NCBI GenBank assembly: GCA_963675245.1
Contig: OY775910.1
Span: 1,152,001-1,216,000, forward strand
From: Acholeplasmataceae bacterium
Lineage (GTDB): Bacteria > Bacillota_I > Bacilli_A > Acholeplasmatales > Acholeplasmataceae
Direction: 5' to 3'
DNA length: 64,000 nucleotides
This document shows, piece by piece, positions 26,318 to 35,111 of this stretch (position 1 is its first letter; the number at the start of each line of letters is the position of its first letter). Below the pieces are notes generated by a model. The model was given only the letters and a program-made list of their open reading frames with translations. It made no database searches and had not been told where the DNA came from. The position numbers and the translations under genes were made by a program.

Positions 26318-27462
26318 AGAAAAGTTTAGTTTTATTTGTTGTTTTATTTGCTTCGTTCCTTCTTAGCGCATGTGGCGAACCGAGTTTAAAAGTACTCAAT
26401 TGGGGCGAATATATTAATGAGGATGTGGTTGCTGCATTTGAAGAAGCAACCGGCATCAATGTAGATATAGATGAAATGGGATCTAATGAGGAATTCTATC
26501 AAGCAATCACCGCTGATACAACTGCTTATGATATCGTGATTCCATCTGATTATATGATTGAAAAATTAGTTGAAGAATCATTGGTTCAACCAATTCAATT
26601 CAATCTATTAACAAATTATACAGATAATGATGCAGCCATGTATACAGACGCAGTTGCACAAATTCAAGCAACTATGAATCCTGCTACCGCTGGTTATTAT
26701 GTTCCTTATTTCTGGGGATCATTTGGATTAATGTATAATGTGAGAACGGCAGGTTTAGAAACTGCACTTGAAGCGTCAACAGCAGGCGGATGGGATGTTT
26801 ATTTTGATCCTGAATTACGCCCTTCAGGCACAAGAGTTGGTATGTATGATGTCGCACAATATGCTTATTCAACATCATTATTATACTTAGGGTATTCAGA
26901 TTTCAATTTAACACCAACAACGGCGTTAATCAGTGAAGCACAAGGTGCATTAACTGATGCAGGGTTTGTTTCATATGGCGATGATGGTTTAAAACGTGAT
27001 ATTAAAGATGATAATTTAGATCTTGCTTACGTCTGGACAGGGGATTTCTTGGATATGTTATATTCTGATTTAGCATCTAATCCTGAATCTGACGGTGCAT
27101 ATACATATGATGAGATCATTGCTCGTTACAACATTTTCATTCCAACACCTACGATGGCATTTATGGACGCAATGGTGATTCCATCTAACGCCGTCAATGT
27201 CGGTTGGGCACATCAATTTATTGATTGGTTCTTGAATGCCGGAAATGCGATGGATAACGCATCTATCGTTGGTTATGCAACACCTATTCAAGCGGCTTAT
27301 GATGAAATCACAGGATACAGCGGCAATAATCAGTGGTTAACAGATTGGGCAAGAGCATATGCAGATTATTATGCAGAATTAAATGGTCAACCTTATGCAA
27401 ACTTATCAGAAGATGATTTACAATTGTTATCTGATATGTTTGATACCGTTAAACAATCATAA
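26314..27462 (+). CDS. potD: Polyamine-binding lipoprotein
   Basis: Lipobox LSAC. LNWGEYI, SNEE, YDIVIPSDYM, PYFWG. Confidence 0.88.
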   Translation: MKKSLVLFVVLFASFLLSACGEPSLKVLNWGEYINEDVVAAFEEATGINVDIDEMGSNEEFYQAITADTTAYDIVIPSDYMIEKLVEESLVQPIQFNLLTNYTDNDAAMYTDAVAQIQATMNPATAGYYVPYFWGSFGLMYNVRTAGLETALEASTAGGWDVYFDPELRPSGTRVGMYDVAQYAYSTSLLYLGYSDFNLTPTTALISEAQGALTDAGFVSYGDDGLKRDIKDDNLDLAYVWTGDFLDMLYSDLASNPESDGAYTYDEIIARYNIFIPTPTMAFMDAMVIPSNAVNVGWAHQFIDWFLNAGNAMDNASIVGYATPIQAAYDEITGYSGNNQWLTDWARAYADYYAELNGQPYANLSEDDLQLLSDMFDTVKQS

Positions 27463-27466
27463 AACA

Positions 27467-27494
27467 AAAAAACTCAGTGAAAACTGAGTTTTTT
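27467..27494. terminator. Bidirectional terminator between potD and clpB
   Basis: AAAAAACTCAGT-GAAA-ACTGAGTTTTTT. Confidence 0.85.
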
Positions 27495-27496
27495 CT

Positions 27497-29626
27497 TTAT
27501 AACATCTCTCTAATGCTTAACTGATCATCTCTTACAACCATACGATAATGATGATGAGGGATGAGCGTACCTTCTATCATATGTGTCGCGATTGTCGTTT
27601 CGACGTGACGCTGAATAAATCGTTTTAAAGGTCTTGCACCATACTCGTCGTTAAAACCATATTTCATAACATGTTTTTCAACAGATTCATCAAACGTGAT
27701 ATAGATATGATTCGTTTCTAGTCGTGTCTTTAAATCAGAAATCATTTTTTGAGCAATCTGAACTTGAACAGCTAATCCTAATGGATTAAAGATAATTTGT
27801 TCATCAATACGATTTAAGAATTCAGGTTTGAAAGTCATTTTAACGAGTTTTTCAACTTGTGCTTTCGCATCGCTATCACTAGAAAGTAAATACTCACTAC
27901 CAATGTTGGATGTCAAAATGATAATCGTATTTTTAAAATCAACCGTGCGCCCTTGGTTATCGGTAAGTCTACCATCATCTAATATTTGGAGTAAAACATT
28001 AAACACTTCAGGATGTGCTTTTTCGATTTCATCAAATAAAATGATGGCATATGGTTTTCTTCTAACCGCTTCAGTAAGCTGTCCACCTTCATCATATCCA
28101 ACGTATCCAGGAGGAGAACCAATCAATCTAGAGACACTATGCGATTCCATGTACTCACTCATATCAATTCTAATGATTTGATGTTCACTGTCAAATAAAC
28201 TTTCTGCTAAAGCTCTCGCGACTTCGGTTTTACCGACACCTGTAGGACCCAAAAAGAGGAAGGAACCTATCGGTCTATTTTCATCTTTGATCCCTGCACG
28301 TTGTCTGATAATCGCGTCCGCGATTAAGCGTAGAGCGTGATCTTGACCAATGACTCTTCGTTTTAAGGTTTCTTCAAGGTGTAAGAGTTTTTCCTTATCA
28401 CCTGCCATAAGCTTACTAATTGGGATATGTGTCCACTTAGAAACGATATCTGCGATACTTTCTTCGGTCACCACCTCGGTTAATAAACGTCCTTCTGATT
28501 TCGTTTCTTCTGATAAATTTTCGATATCTTTCTCTAAAGCAGGTATGTTAGAATACTGTAATTCAGCAGCTTTAGAGTAATCATTATTGTTTAAGGCATT
28601 TTGTAAATCATTTTTTAGATCTTCTAATGTACTTTTCTTTTTCTTAATGACATTCAGATGTTCTTTTTCTCTTTCCCACTGATCTCTTAACGCTTTATCT
28701 TTTTCTTTAAGTTCTTTTATATCGACTTTAAGTTTTGTCAAACGTTCTTTAGAAACAGGATCTTTTTCCTTATCTAAAGCTGTCTTTTCTATTTCTAACT
28801 GCATCAACTTTCTAGTCACGTCATCTAATTCAGATGGCATAGAATCTATTTCCATACGAATAGACGCACACGCTTCATCAATTAAATCAATCGCTTTATC
28901 AGGTAAGAAGCGATCTGAAATATATCGATTTGAAAGGGTGGCTGCTGCGATAATTGCAGGGTCACTAATATGCACACCATGATGTGCTTCAAAACGTGAT
29001 TTTAAACCTCTCAAGATACTGATGGTATCTTCAACTGTTGGTTCACTGATAAGTACTTTTTGAAAACGTCTTTCAAGCGCAGTATCTTTTTCAATGTATT
29101 TACGATATTCATTTAACGTCGTCGCTCCTACACAGTGGAGCTCACCACGCGCAAGCATCGGTTTTAACATATTACCCGCATCCATCGCACCATCAACGCG
29201 ACCAGCACCAACAATGGCGTGAATTTCATCAATAAATAAAATAATATCTCCATCGGATGATTTAATCTTATTTAAAACCGCTTTAAGGCGTTCTTCAAAT
29301 TCACCTCTGAATTTAGCACCAGCAACTAAGGCTGCTAAATCAAGTTCATAAATGGTTTTATCTTGTAAACCAAGAGGTACGTCTTTATCAACGATTCTAC
29401 GTGCTAAACCCTCGACAATTGCTGTCTTACCAACGCCTGGTTCACCGATTAAAACGGGGTTGTTCTTTGTTTTGCGAGAAAGAATTTTAATGACGCGTCT
29501 AATTTCATCTTCGCGCCCTATCACTGGGTCAATTCTACCTTTTTTAACTTCTTCGACAATATCTCTACCGAATTTTTCCAATATTTTAGGATCATTTTGA
29601 TAATCATCCATTTGTGTCATGTTCAT
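27497..29626 (-). CDS. clpB: ClpB chaperone (short form lacking the N-terminal Clp-repeat domain)
   Basis: Two AAA modules ([17 protein letters not shown]), [14 protein letters not shown]-domain coiled coil, [18 protein letters not shown] precedes ATG 29626. Confidence 0.95.
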   Translation of the reverse strand: MNMTQMDDYQNDPKILEKFGRDIVEEVKKGRIDPVIGREDEIRRVIKILSRKTKNNPVLIGEPGVGKTAIVEGLARRIVDKDVPLGLQDKTIYELDLAALVAGAKFRGEFEERLKAVLNKIKSSDGDIILFIDEIHAIVGAGRVDGAMDAGNMLKPMLARGELHCVGATTLNEYRKYIEKDTALERRFQKVLISEPTVEDTISILRGLKSRFEAHHGVHISDPAIIAAATLSNRYISDRFLPDKAIDLIDEACASIRMEIDSMPSELDDVTRKLMQLEIEKTALDKEKDPVSKERLTKLKVDIKELKEKDKALRDQWEREKEHLNVIKKKKSTLEDLKNDLQNALNNNDYSKAAELQYSNIPALEKDIENLSEETKSEGRLLTEVVTEESIADIVSKWTHIPISKLMAGDKEKLLHLEETLKRRVIGQDHALRLIADAIIRQRAGIKDENRPIGSFLFLGPTGVGKTEVARALAESLFDSEHQIIRIDMSEYMESHSVSRLIGSPPGYVGYDEGGQLTEAVRRKPYAIILFDEIEKAHPEVFNVLLQILDDGRLTDNQGRTVDFKNTIIILTSNIGSEYLLSSDSDAKAQVEKLVKMTFKPEFLNRIDEQIIFNPLGLAVQVQIAQKMISDLKTRLETNHIYITFDESVEKHVMKYGFNDEYGARPLKRFIQRHVETTIATHMIEGTLIPHHHYRMVVRDDQLSIREML

Positions 29627-29638
29627 AAATATACCTCC

Positions 29639-29665
29639 TTGGCAGTCTAACATCTTAAATGCCAA
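29639..29665 (-). promoter_or_regulatory. Degenerate CIRCE (HrcA operator) in the clpB leader
   Basis: TTGGCATTT-N9-GACTGCCAA on -, versus consensus TTAGCACTC-N9-GAGTGCTAA. Abuts the SD. Confidence 0.65.
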
Positions 29666-29669
29666 TACT

Positions 29670-29698
29670 ATTATAAATCAACGTTTTGGCACTGTCAA
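29670..29698 (-). promoter_or_regulatory. clpB promoter
   Basis: TTGACA (29698-29693), 17-nt spacer, TATAAT (29675-29670). Confidence 0.85.
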
Positions 29699-29712
29699 CA
29701 ATTAAGTGCTAA
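29686..29712 (-). promoter_or_regulatory. CIRCE (HrcA operator) overlapping the clpB -35
   Basis: TTAGCACTT-N9-CAGTGCCAA on - strand. Confidence 0.88.
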
Positions 29713-29772
29713 AAAGTGATAAATTCATCAATTTTATGCTATAATATGATAGGGATTCAGAGGAGGATAAGT

Positions 29773-30249
29773 ATGCTTAATGTATTATTTGTTTGTTTAG
29801 GAAATATTTGTAGATCGCCCATGGCTGAAGGTCTTTTTAGGAAAAGGATCGCGTCATCAGAATTTGCTGATCAAATTCATGTTGAGTCACGTGCCTTAGG
29901 TCAATGGGAACAAGGGAACCCAGTCCACCGCGGTACGAAGCAATATCTTGATATGCATGGTATTGATTCATCAAAAATGAGATCAGAGTTAATTATGGCG
30001 AGTGATTTTGATCAATATGACTTTATTATTGGTATGGATCAATCAAATATCAAACAATTGAAAAAACTTGCCGGTAAAAAGAACAGAAATAAGGTTTATA
30101 TGTATTTAGATGTTCATCCTGATTTTATGGGAGAAGATGTACCAGATCCATATTATGATGGTAACTTTGAACTCACATATAAGCTCATTTCAAGCGCAAT
30201 CGAGTTTTGGATGGAACGATTTTCTAATGCTTTAAATCTGCAAAAGTAA
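29773..30249 (+). CDS. Low-molecular-weight protein tyrosine phosphatase
   Basis: FVCLGNICRSPMAE, DVPDPYY. SD AGGAGG precedes ATG 29773. Confidence 0.93.
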   Translation: MLNVLFVCLGNICRSPMAEGLFRKRIASSEFADQIHVESRALGQWEQGNPVHRGTKQYLDMHGIDSSKMRSELIMASDFDQYDFIIGMDQSNIKQLKKLAGKKNRNKVYMYLDVHPDFMGEDVPDPYYDGNFELTYKLISSAIEFWMERFSNALNLQK

Positions 30250-30278
30250 TTGACATTTTTAACTGGCTCATTTATAAT
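30250..30278 (+). promoter_or_regulatory. Consensus promoter of tRNA-Cys
   Basis: TTGACA, 17-nt spacer, TATAAT. Confidence 0.85.
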
Positions 30279-30296
30279 GATAGAGCACGTTAAATC

Positions 30297-30370
30297 GGCC
30301 TCATAGCCAAGTGGTAAGGCATGGCACTGCAACTGCCGGATCGCCGGTTCAAATCCGACTGAGGCCTCCA
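30297..30370 (+). tRNA. tRNA-Cys (GCA)
   Basis: Acceptor stem GGCCTCA/TGAGGCC, D-arm GCC/GGC, anticodon stem TGGCA/TGCCG with loop CTGCAAC, T-loop TTCAAAT, discriminator U, encoded CCA. Confidence 0.96.
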
Positions 30371-30382
30371 ATTATACACATG

Positions 30383-30409
30383 AAGAAGCTCAATGATGAG
30401 CTTCTTTTT
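30383..30409 (+). terminator. tRNA-Cys terminator
   Basis: AAGAAGCTCA-ATGA-TGAGCTTCTT plus T run. Confidence 0.85.
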
Positions 30410-30481
30410 CTTTTTTATAAAAAAATAAGAAACTTAATAAGTTTCTTTGTAAAGTTGAAACGATAAAAGCGACTAAAAGAG

Positions 30482-30528
30482 TTGACATTTTATAGATACA
30501 TGTATATACTGTATATGTACGATATACA
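30482..30528 (+). promoter_or_regulatory. Promoter with overlapping inverted repeat (probable YtrA/GntR operator)
   Basis: TTGACA-17-TATACT. TGTATAT-N14-ATATACA (30501-30528) covers the -10 and +1. Confidence 0.75.
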
Positions 30529-30542
30529 CAGGAGGTACTTTC

Positions 30543-31394
30543 GTGAATAGTTTAGACATTAAAAATTTAAGTAAAAGATATAATACCTTTCTTTTAGATA
30601 ACGTTAGTTTTTCTATTCCTAAAGGATTTATTATGGGATTTATTGGTGAAAATGGCGCAGGCAAAACAACGACGATTAAGTCAATGCTAAACGTTGTTAA
30701 AAGAGATGGTGGAGACGTTAAGATTTTAGGTAAAGATATTGATCAAGAAGAACTCGCAATTAAATCGAATATTGGTTATGTATCTGGTGATTTGTATTAT
30801 CCTAAAAAGACGATAGATGAGATAACAAAAGTCTATCAGAGATTTTTTGACAAATGGGATAATGACCTTTATCATGAATTACTACAACGATTTAGCTTGA
30901 GTCCTTTAAAAAGAGTTGATCAACTATCTAAGGGAATGCAGCTTAAATATCAAATCGCACTCGCTTTATCTCATCATGCCGATCTGCTTATCTTAGATGA
31001 ACCAACGAGTGGACTTGATCCAGTGGCTCGTGATGATTTATTAGAAGTGTTTCAATCCATCGTTGAAAATGAAGAATCAAGCATTTTATTTTCGACACAT
31101 ATTACAAGCGATCTAGATAAGTGTGCAGATTATATTACATTTATCAAAAATGGTAAAATCGTTGAGTCATGTTCGAAAGATGATTTAATTGATAAATATC
31201 GTTTAGTCAATGGTACAAAAGAAGAACTAAGTGGTGTGAAAGAGCGTTTAATATCTTATAAAGAGAATGCGTTTGGATTTAATGGTTTAATTGCATCTGA
31301 ACTAGTTGAAAAAAAAGATACAGTAAAAATTGGTCAACCAAGTTTAGATGATATTATGATTTATTATGCAAATAAGGAGGTATTATCATCATGA
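30543..31394 (+). CDS. ABC exporter ATP-binding protein (YtrB-like)
   Basis: GENGAGKTT, LSKGM, ILDEPTSGLD, FSTH. Confidence 0.9.
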   Translation: MNSLDIKNLSKRYNTFLLDNVSFSIPKGFIMGFIGENGAGKTTTIKSMLNVVKRDGGDVKILGKDIDQEELAIKSNIGYVSGDLYYPKKTIDEITKVYQRFFDKWDNDLYHELLQRFSLSPLKRVDQLSKGMQLKYQIALALSHHADLLILDEPTSGLDPVARDDLLEVFQSIVENEESSILFSTHITSDLDKCADYITFIKNGKIVESCSKDDLIDKYRLVNGTKEELSGVKERLISYKENAFGFNGLIASELVEKKDTVKIGQPSLDDIMIYYANKEVLSS

Positions 31395-32032
31395 AACATT
31401 TAGTGTTAAAAGAACTAACTTTATCAATTAATAAATTCTATTATATCCTCCCAATCTTATTAGGTGCTTTAATGCTCATTCCAGGATGGATTTATTTACT
31501 CGTATTTATGTATTTCTTCTGGATTTCTGTGCCACAGATATTTGCAGCTTACAATACAAATGCAGATTATAATTTCATCTCAACATTACCTGTAAGAAGA
31601 AAAGATATTGTCACAGCAAAAGCATTGACCATCTTCATCTTGGAAGCGATACATATCTTGTTTGCATTACTATTTGGTTTGCTTCATAATGTAATTTATC
31701 AGTCATCTTGGAATTTATTCTTTGATATTAATCTTGCATTCTTTGGTGTTGGTATTCTCATGTATGGACTCTTTAATGTCGTTTTCTTACCTGTTTATTT
31801 TAAAACAGCACACTTTTTTGGTAAGGCTACGATTTATGGCGCTATCGCAACTTTAATCTATGGATTTATCTTTGAATATGGCGTTTTTCAATTTCAATTG
31901 ATGAGAGATATTTTTGAAGGTAGTATGATCTCACAAATGATACCATTCGCAATCACATGTATTCTAGGCATTGGACTAAGCTGGTATGCTGTTAAACGGT
32001 CTCAAGCCAACTTTATAAAAATAGATTTATGA
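31391..32032 (+). CDS. ABC-2 type permease
   Basis: Six TM helices and the TLPVRRKDIV motif; overlaps the ATPase stop. Confidence 0.82.
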   Translation: MKHLVLKELTLSINKFYYILPILLGALMLIPGWIYLLVFMYFFWISVPQIFAAYNTNADYNFISTLPVRRKDIVTAKALTIFILEAIHILFALLFGLLHNVIYQSSWNLFFDINLAFFGVGILMYGLFNVVFLPVYFKTAHFFGKATIYGAIATLIYGFIFEYGVFQFQLMRDIFEGSMISQMIPFAITCILGIGLSWYAVKRSQANFIKIDL

Positions 32033-32412
32033 AAAATATCGTTGTAAGGAATACCTCGCAAACACCTATTTACCAACAGCTCTTTGATCAAATATCATCA
32101 CAGATTATCAATGGTGATCTTCAATCTGATGAATTACTTCCTTCCATTAGAACAACCGCGAAAGAACTAAGAGTCAGTGTGATTACCATTAAAAAGACAT
32201 GGGAGTTATTAGAAGCGAATGGTTTTATTTATACAGTGAAAGGAAAAGGGTCATACGTGAAAGGCAATACCCATATGAGTCTCATGATGAAAAAAAGTGA
32301 AGCTGTAAAAAATATCTTAAGAGATTCATTAATCAATTGCCGGGAGTATGAGCTCACAAAAGAAGAATTAATTGATATCGTTAAAGCATTGTATGAGGAA
32401 ATCAATCAATAA
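32029..32412 (+). CDS. GntR (YtrA subfamily) transcriptional regulator
   Basis: PIYQQL, LPSIR..AKEL.VSVITI, KGKGSYV, short C-terminal helix. Confidence 0.92.
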   Translation: MKNIVVRNTSQTPIYQQLFDQISSQIINGDLQSDELLPSIRTTAKELRVSVITIKKTWELLEANGFIYTVKGKGSYVKGNTHMSLMMKKSEAVKNILRDSLINCREYELTKEELIDIVKALYEEINQ

Positions 32413-32439
32413 AAGAAACTCGGATGAGTTTCTTTTTTT
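32411..32439 (+). terminator. Rho-independent terminator
   Basis: AAAAGAAACTC-GGAT-GAGTTTCTTTT plus T run. Confidence 0.8.
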
Positions 32440-32539
32440 CATATTTCACGATGGATCATCATTACTAGTGTGTTATACACAGTAATGAATGAATAAATGA
32501 TGGTATAATGACATTAATCAAATTAAAGGTGGTCTTTAT

Positions 32540-32878
32540 ATGGATATATTAGTAAATATCGTTATCAATGTTTTAGCATGGTCAGGTATCTGGTTTAGTG
32601 AGTATGAAGATCCAAAGAAACAATCAGTGCAAAGTGTGTTGTGGGTGATCACATATACCATCATTCTTATTCTCATTCAAGTGTTAGCACTAAATGCAGA
32701 AGCCATTCATCTATATTATATATTCGGTGGTATTTGGTTAGGATTACATATCATGCCATCATCGCTACTCGTATTAACATCACCACGCGCTTCCTATAAA
32801 AAAGCGTATGGTGCGACAATGGGTATTATCGCTTTAGTCACGGTTGTTATAACACTCATTACTATCTTTATCAGTTAG
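32540..32878 (+). CDS. Small hypothetical membrane protein
   Basis: 112 aa with 3-4 hydrophobic segments. SD AAGGTGG; TGgTATAAT upstream. Confidence 0.7.
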   Translation: MDILVNIVINVLAWSGIWFSEYEDPKKQSVQSVLWVITYTIILILIQVLALNAEAIHLYYIFGGIWLGLHIMPSSLLVLTSPRASYKKAYGATMGIIALVTVVITLITIFIS

Positions 32879-32937
32879 CACTATTCATTCTATTTACATT
32901 GAAATGTGCTATGATGTGGGTGTAAGGAGGTCTTAAT

Positions 32938-33432
32938 ATGAACGAAACAGATCAGATCCAAGAGACACTTCATTCATTTACAGAATCATTTCAATCATTG
33001 ATGATTTCATCGCTTACTGAACATGGTGAACCTTATGCATCATATGCACCATTTGTGAAAGTAAAAGATGCTTATTACATCATCATTAGCAAAATCGCGA
33101 AACACTATAAGAACATGCTTAATCATCCTAAAATCACGATCTTGTTTCTAGAAGATGAAGCTCAGGCAGAACATATCTTTTTTCGGAAACGATTATCGTA
33201 TCTTGTTCAAACCATGTTTAGTGAAAATGAATTGATTAAACAAGCGTTTATTAATAAGTTTGGTGACTTCGTTTCCCGTCTTTTTAAAATGGACTTCGTA
33301 GTCGTAAAATGTGAGGTCATTAAAGGTCAATTTATTATTGGTGCTGGTAAGGCATATGAAATAAATCAACACCAAGAAATTATTAGGCAAATGACTGGAA
33401 ATCAGGGAAAAGGACATTCTGTCCATAAGTAG
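32938..33432 (+). CDS. Pyridoxamine 5'-phosphate oxidase-like split-barrel protein (HugZ/HutZ-like)
   Basis: GEPYASYAPF, IISKIAKHYKNM, FLEDE, IFFRKRL, GAGKAY. Confidence 0.75.
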   Translation: MNETDQIQETLHSFTESFQSLMISSLTEHGEPYASYAPFVKVKDAYYIIISKIAKHYKNMLNHPKITILFLEDEAQAEHIFFRKRLSYLVQTMFSENELIKQAFINKFGDFVSRLFKMDFVVVKCEVIKGQFIIGAGKAYEINQHQEIIRQMTGNQGKGHSVHK

Positions 33433-33533
33433 GTTACAAAAATCACGAAAAATTAAGTAAAATCAGATTTTTCCATTGCACAATCAACACTAAAACGATA
33501 CAATAATAGTGCATTAAAAAAGAGGGTTGATTT

Positions 33534-34160
33534 ATGGCTAAAAACATTATTTTTGATTTTGATGGTACAATTGCAAATACAGAAGAACTAGCATACCATA
33601 TTTATGAGCAAATTGTTTCTGAATACGAAATCTTAAAATTAACAAAAGAAGAATTTGAAGAGCTAAAAAAAGTATCGATGTATGAGAAATTTAAACGGCA
33701 TAAAGTGTCTATCTTTAAATTACCAAAATTAGCGAGAAAAACGATGCGTATTATTGGCCACGTGATGGATGACATTAATCCATATGATGGCATGATTGAA
33801 ACATTACAAATGCTTCATGACAAGGGATTTAACCTTTTCATCGTATCATCAAATTCAAAAAAGAATATCACAAAATTTCTTAGAAGATATCACTTAAACG
33901 TATTTACTGCAATCTTTGGTAAAGCACGCTATTTCGGAAAAGAAAAAATATTATTAAAAGTCTTAAAAAAGTATGATCTAGAAGGACATAACACCATCTA
34001 TATTGGTGATGAAGTCAGAGATATCGTCTCTTGTAAGAATGTGGGTATGCCCATTCTATCAGTGAGTTGGGGATTTGATGATCCAGCATTCTTGAAACAA
34101 GAAAACGAAGGAAACGTTGTTGATACAGTTGAACAACTTAAAACATTATTACTTACGTAA
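33534..34160 (+). CDS. HAD-superfamily hydrolase (phosphoglycolate phosphatase-like)
   Basis: FDFDGTIAN, IVSSN, YIGDEVRD, VSWGF. Confidence 0.88.
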   Translation: MAKNIIFDFDGTIANTEELAYHIYEQIVSEYEILKLTKEEFEELKKVSMYEKFKRHKVSIFKLPKLARKTMRIIGHVMDDINPYDGMIETLQMLHDKGFNLFIVSSNSKKNITKFLRRYHLNVFTAIFGKARYFGKEKILLKVLKKYDLEGHNTIYIGDEVRDIVSCKNVGMPILSVSWGFDDPAFLKQENEGNVVDTVEQLKTLLLT

Positions 34161-34187
34161 GCACGGGAACCCGTGCTTTTTTCTTTT
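34159..34187 (+). terminator. Rho-independent terminator
   Basis: AAGCACGG-GAAC-CCGTGCTT plus T run. Confidence 0.8.
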
Positions 34188-34235
34188 TGTTGTGCTATCA
34201 TAAATATATGATTATACGTCATAAGGGGAGATAGC

Positions 34236-35084
34236 ATGACAATTGAAGAGATTAACCAAAAGAAACAAGCCTATGAAAGTCTAAGTATTATTGGTATTAC
34301 ATTGCTGATTCTTGGAATAATCATTGGCATGGCTATGTCACAAAATTCAAATGAAGGGTTGACAATAGTCATCGTTATGATGATTGCGATATCAGGATTT
34401 CTGATTTTATTGTATGCATCATATAAATTCACAAAATTAAAAAAGTATTTTAAGAATCAGTTTGTTAAAGATACATTTGAAAAAGAATTTCCTCATCTAA
34501 CCTATACACCGAATAAAGGATTTGATGAAGATGAAGTCTTTGATTCTGGTGTCTTACAAAAAGCGACAAAGTACACGAGTGAAGACTACATTGAGGGTAG
34601 CGTATCTGGTTATCCATTTGAATCTGCTGATGTACATATACAACAACTCGTATCAACTGGAAAATCTGCTCACTATGTGACTGTATTCCAAGGTAGGTTT
34701 TACAAAATTCATATGCAAAAAGAATTTCCAGCAAATGTATATATCTTACCTAAAACGTATAACTATTTTAAACTCATTCAATCCTATAAGAATTTTGATA
34801 CAGAATCAATTGAATTTTCAAAAGCGTATAAGGTGTATTCAAGTGATCACCTTGAAGCATTAAAAATCGTTAAACCAGTTGTGATGGATCGCTTGTTATC
34901 TTTCAAAGATGATGACGTTAAAAAACTCATGTTTGGTTTTATAGGAAGTACATTATATATGGCTATTGATAATCGAAAAGATAATTTCGATATTAAATTA
35001 TTTAGTGATATTGACGTGGATATTAAAATGAATATCGAAAGCGAAATGGCGTTAACATCCGATTTAATTGAATTAGTGACATAA
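34236..35084 (+). CDS. DUF3137-like membrane-anchored protein
   Basis: Two N-terminal TM helices. SEDYIEG, VTVFQG, ESIEFSK.YKVYS.D. Confidence 0.7.
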   Translation: MTIEEINQKKQAYESLSIIGITLLILGIIIGMAMSQNSNEGLTIVIVMMIAISGFLILLYASYKFTKLKKYFKNQFVKDTFEKEFPHLTYTPNKGFDEDEVFDSGVLQKATKYTSEDYIEGSVSGYPFESADVHIQQLVSTGKSAHYVTVFQGRFYKIHMQKEFPANVYILPKTYNYFKLIQSYKNFDTESIEFSKAYKVYSSDHLEALKIVKPVVMDRLLSFKDDDVKKLMFGFIGSTLYMAIDNRKDNFDIKLFSDIDVDIKMNIESEMALTSDLIELVT

Positions 35085-35111
35085 AAAAGAGGGCAATTAC
35101 CCTCTTTTTTT
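35083..35111. terminator. Bidirectional terminator overlapping the ATPase stop
   Basis: AAAAAAGAGGG-CAATTA-CCCTCTTTTTT. Confidence 0.75.

Noticed and set aside
27497..29665. ClpB lacking the N-terminal domain as a possible pseudogene
   Set aside because: Promoter, CIRCE and SD are intact, and short ClpB is normal in Mollicutes. The track's 13 extra N-terminal codons are just the CIRCE and SD.
30297..32540. Integrative element at tRNA-Cys
   Set aside because: No integrase or transposase, and no repeat of the tRNA 3' end was seen downstream.
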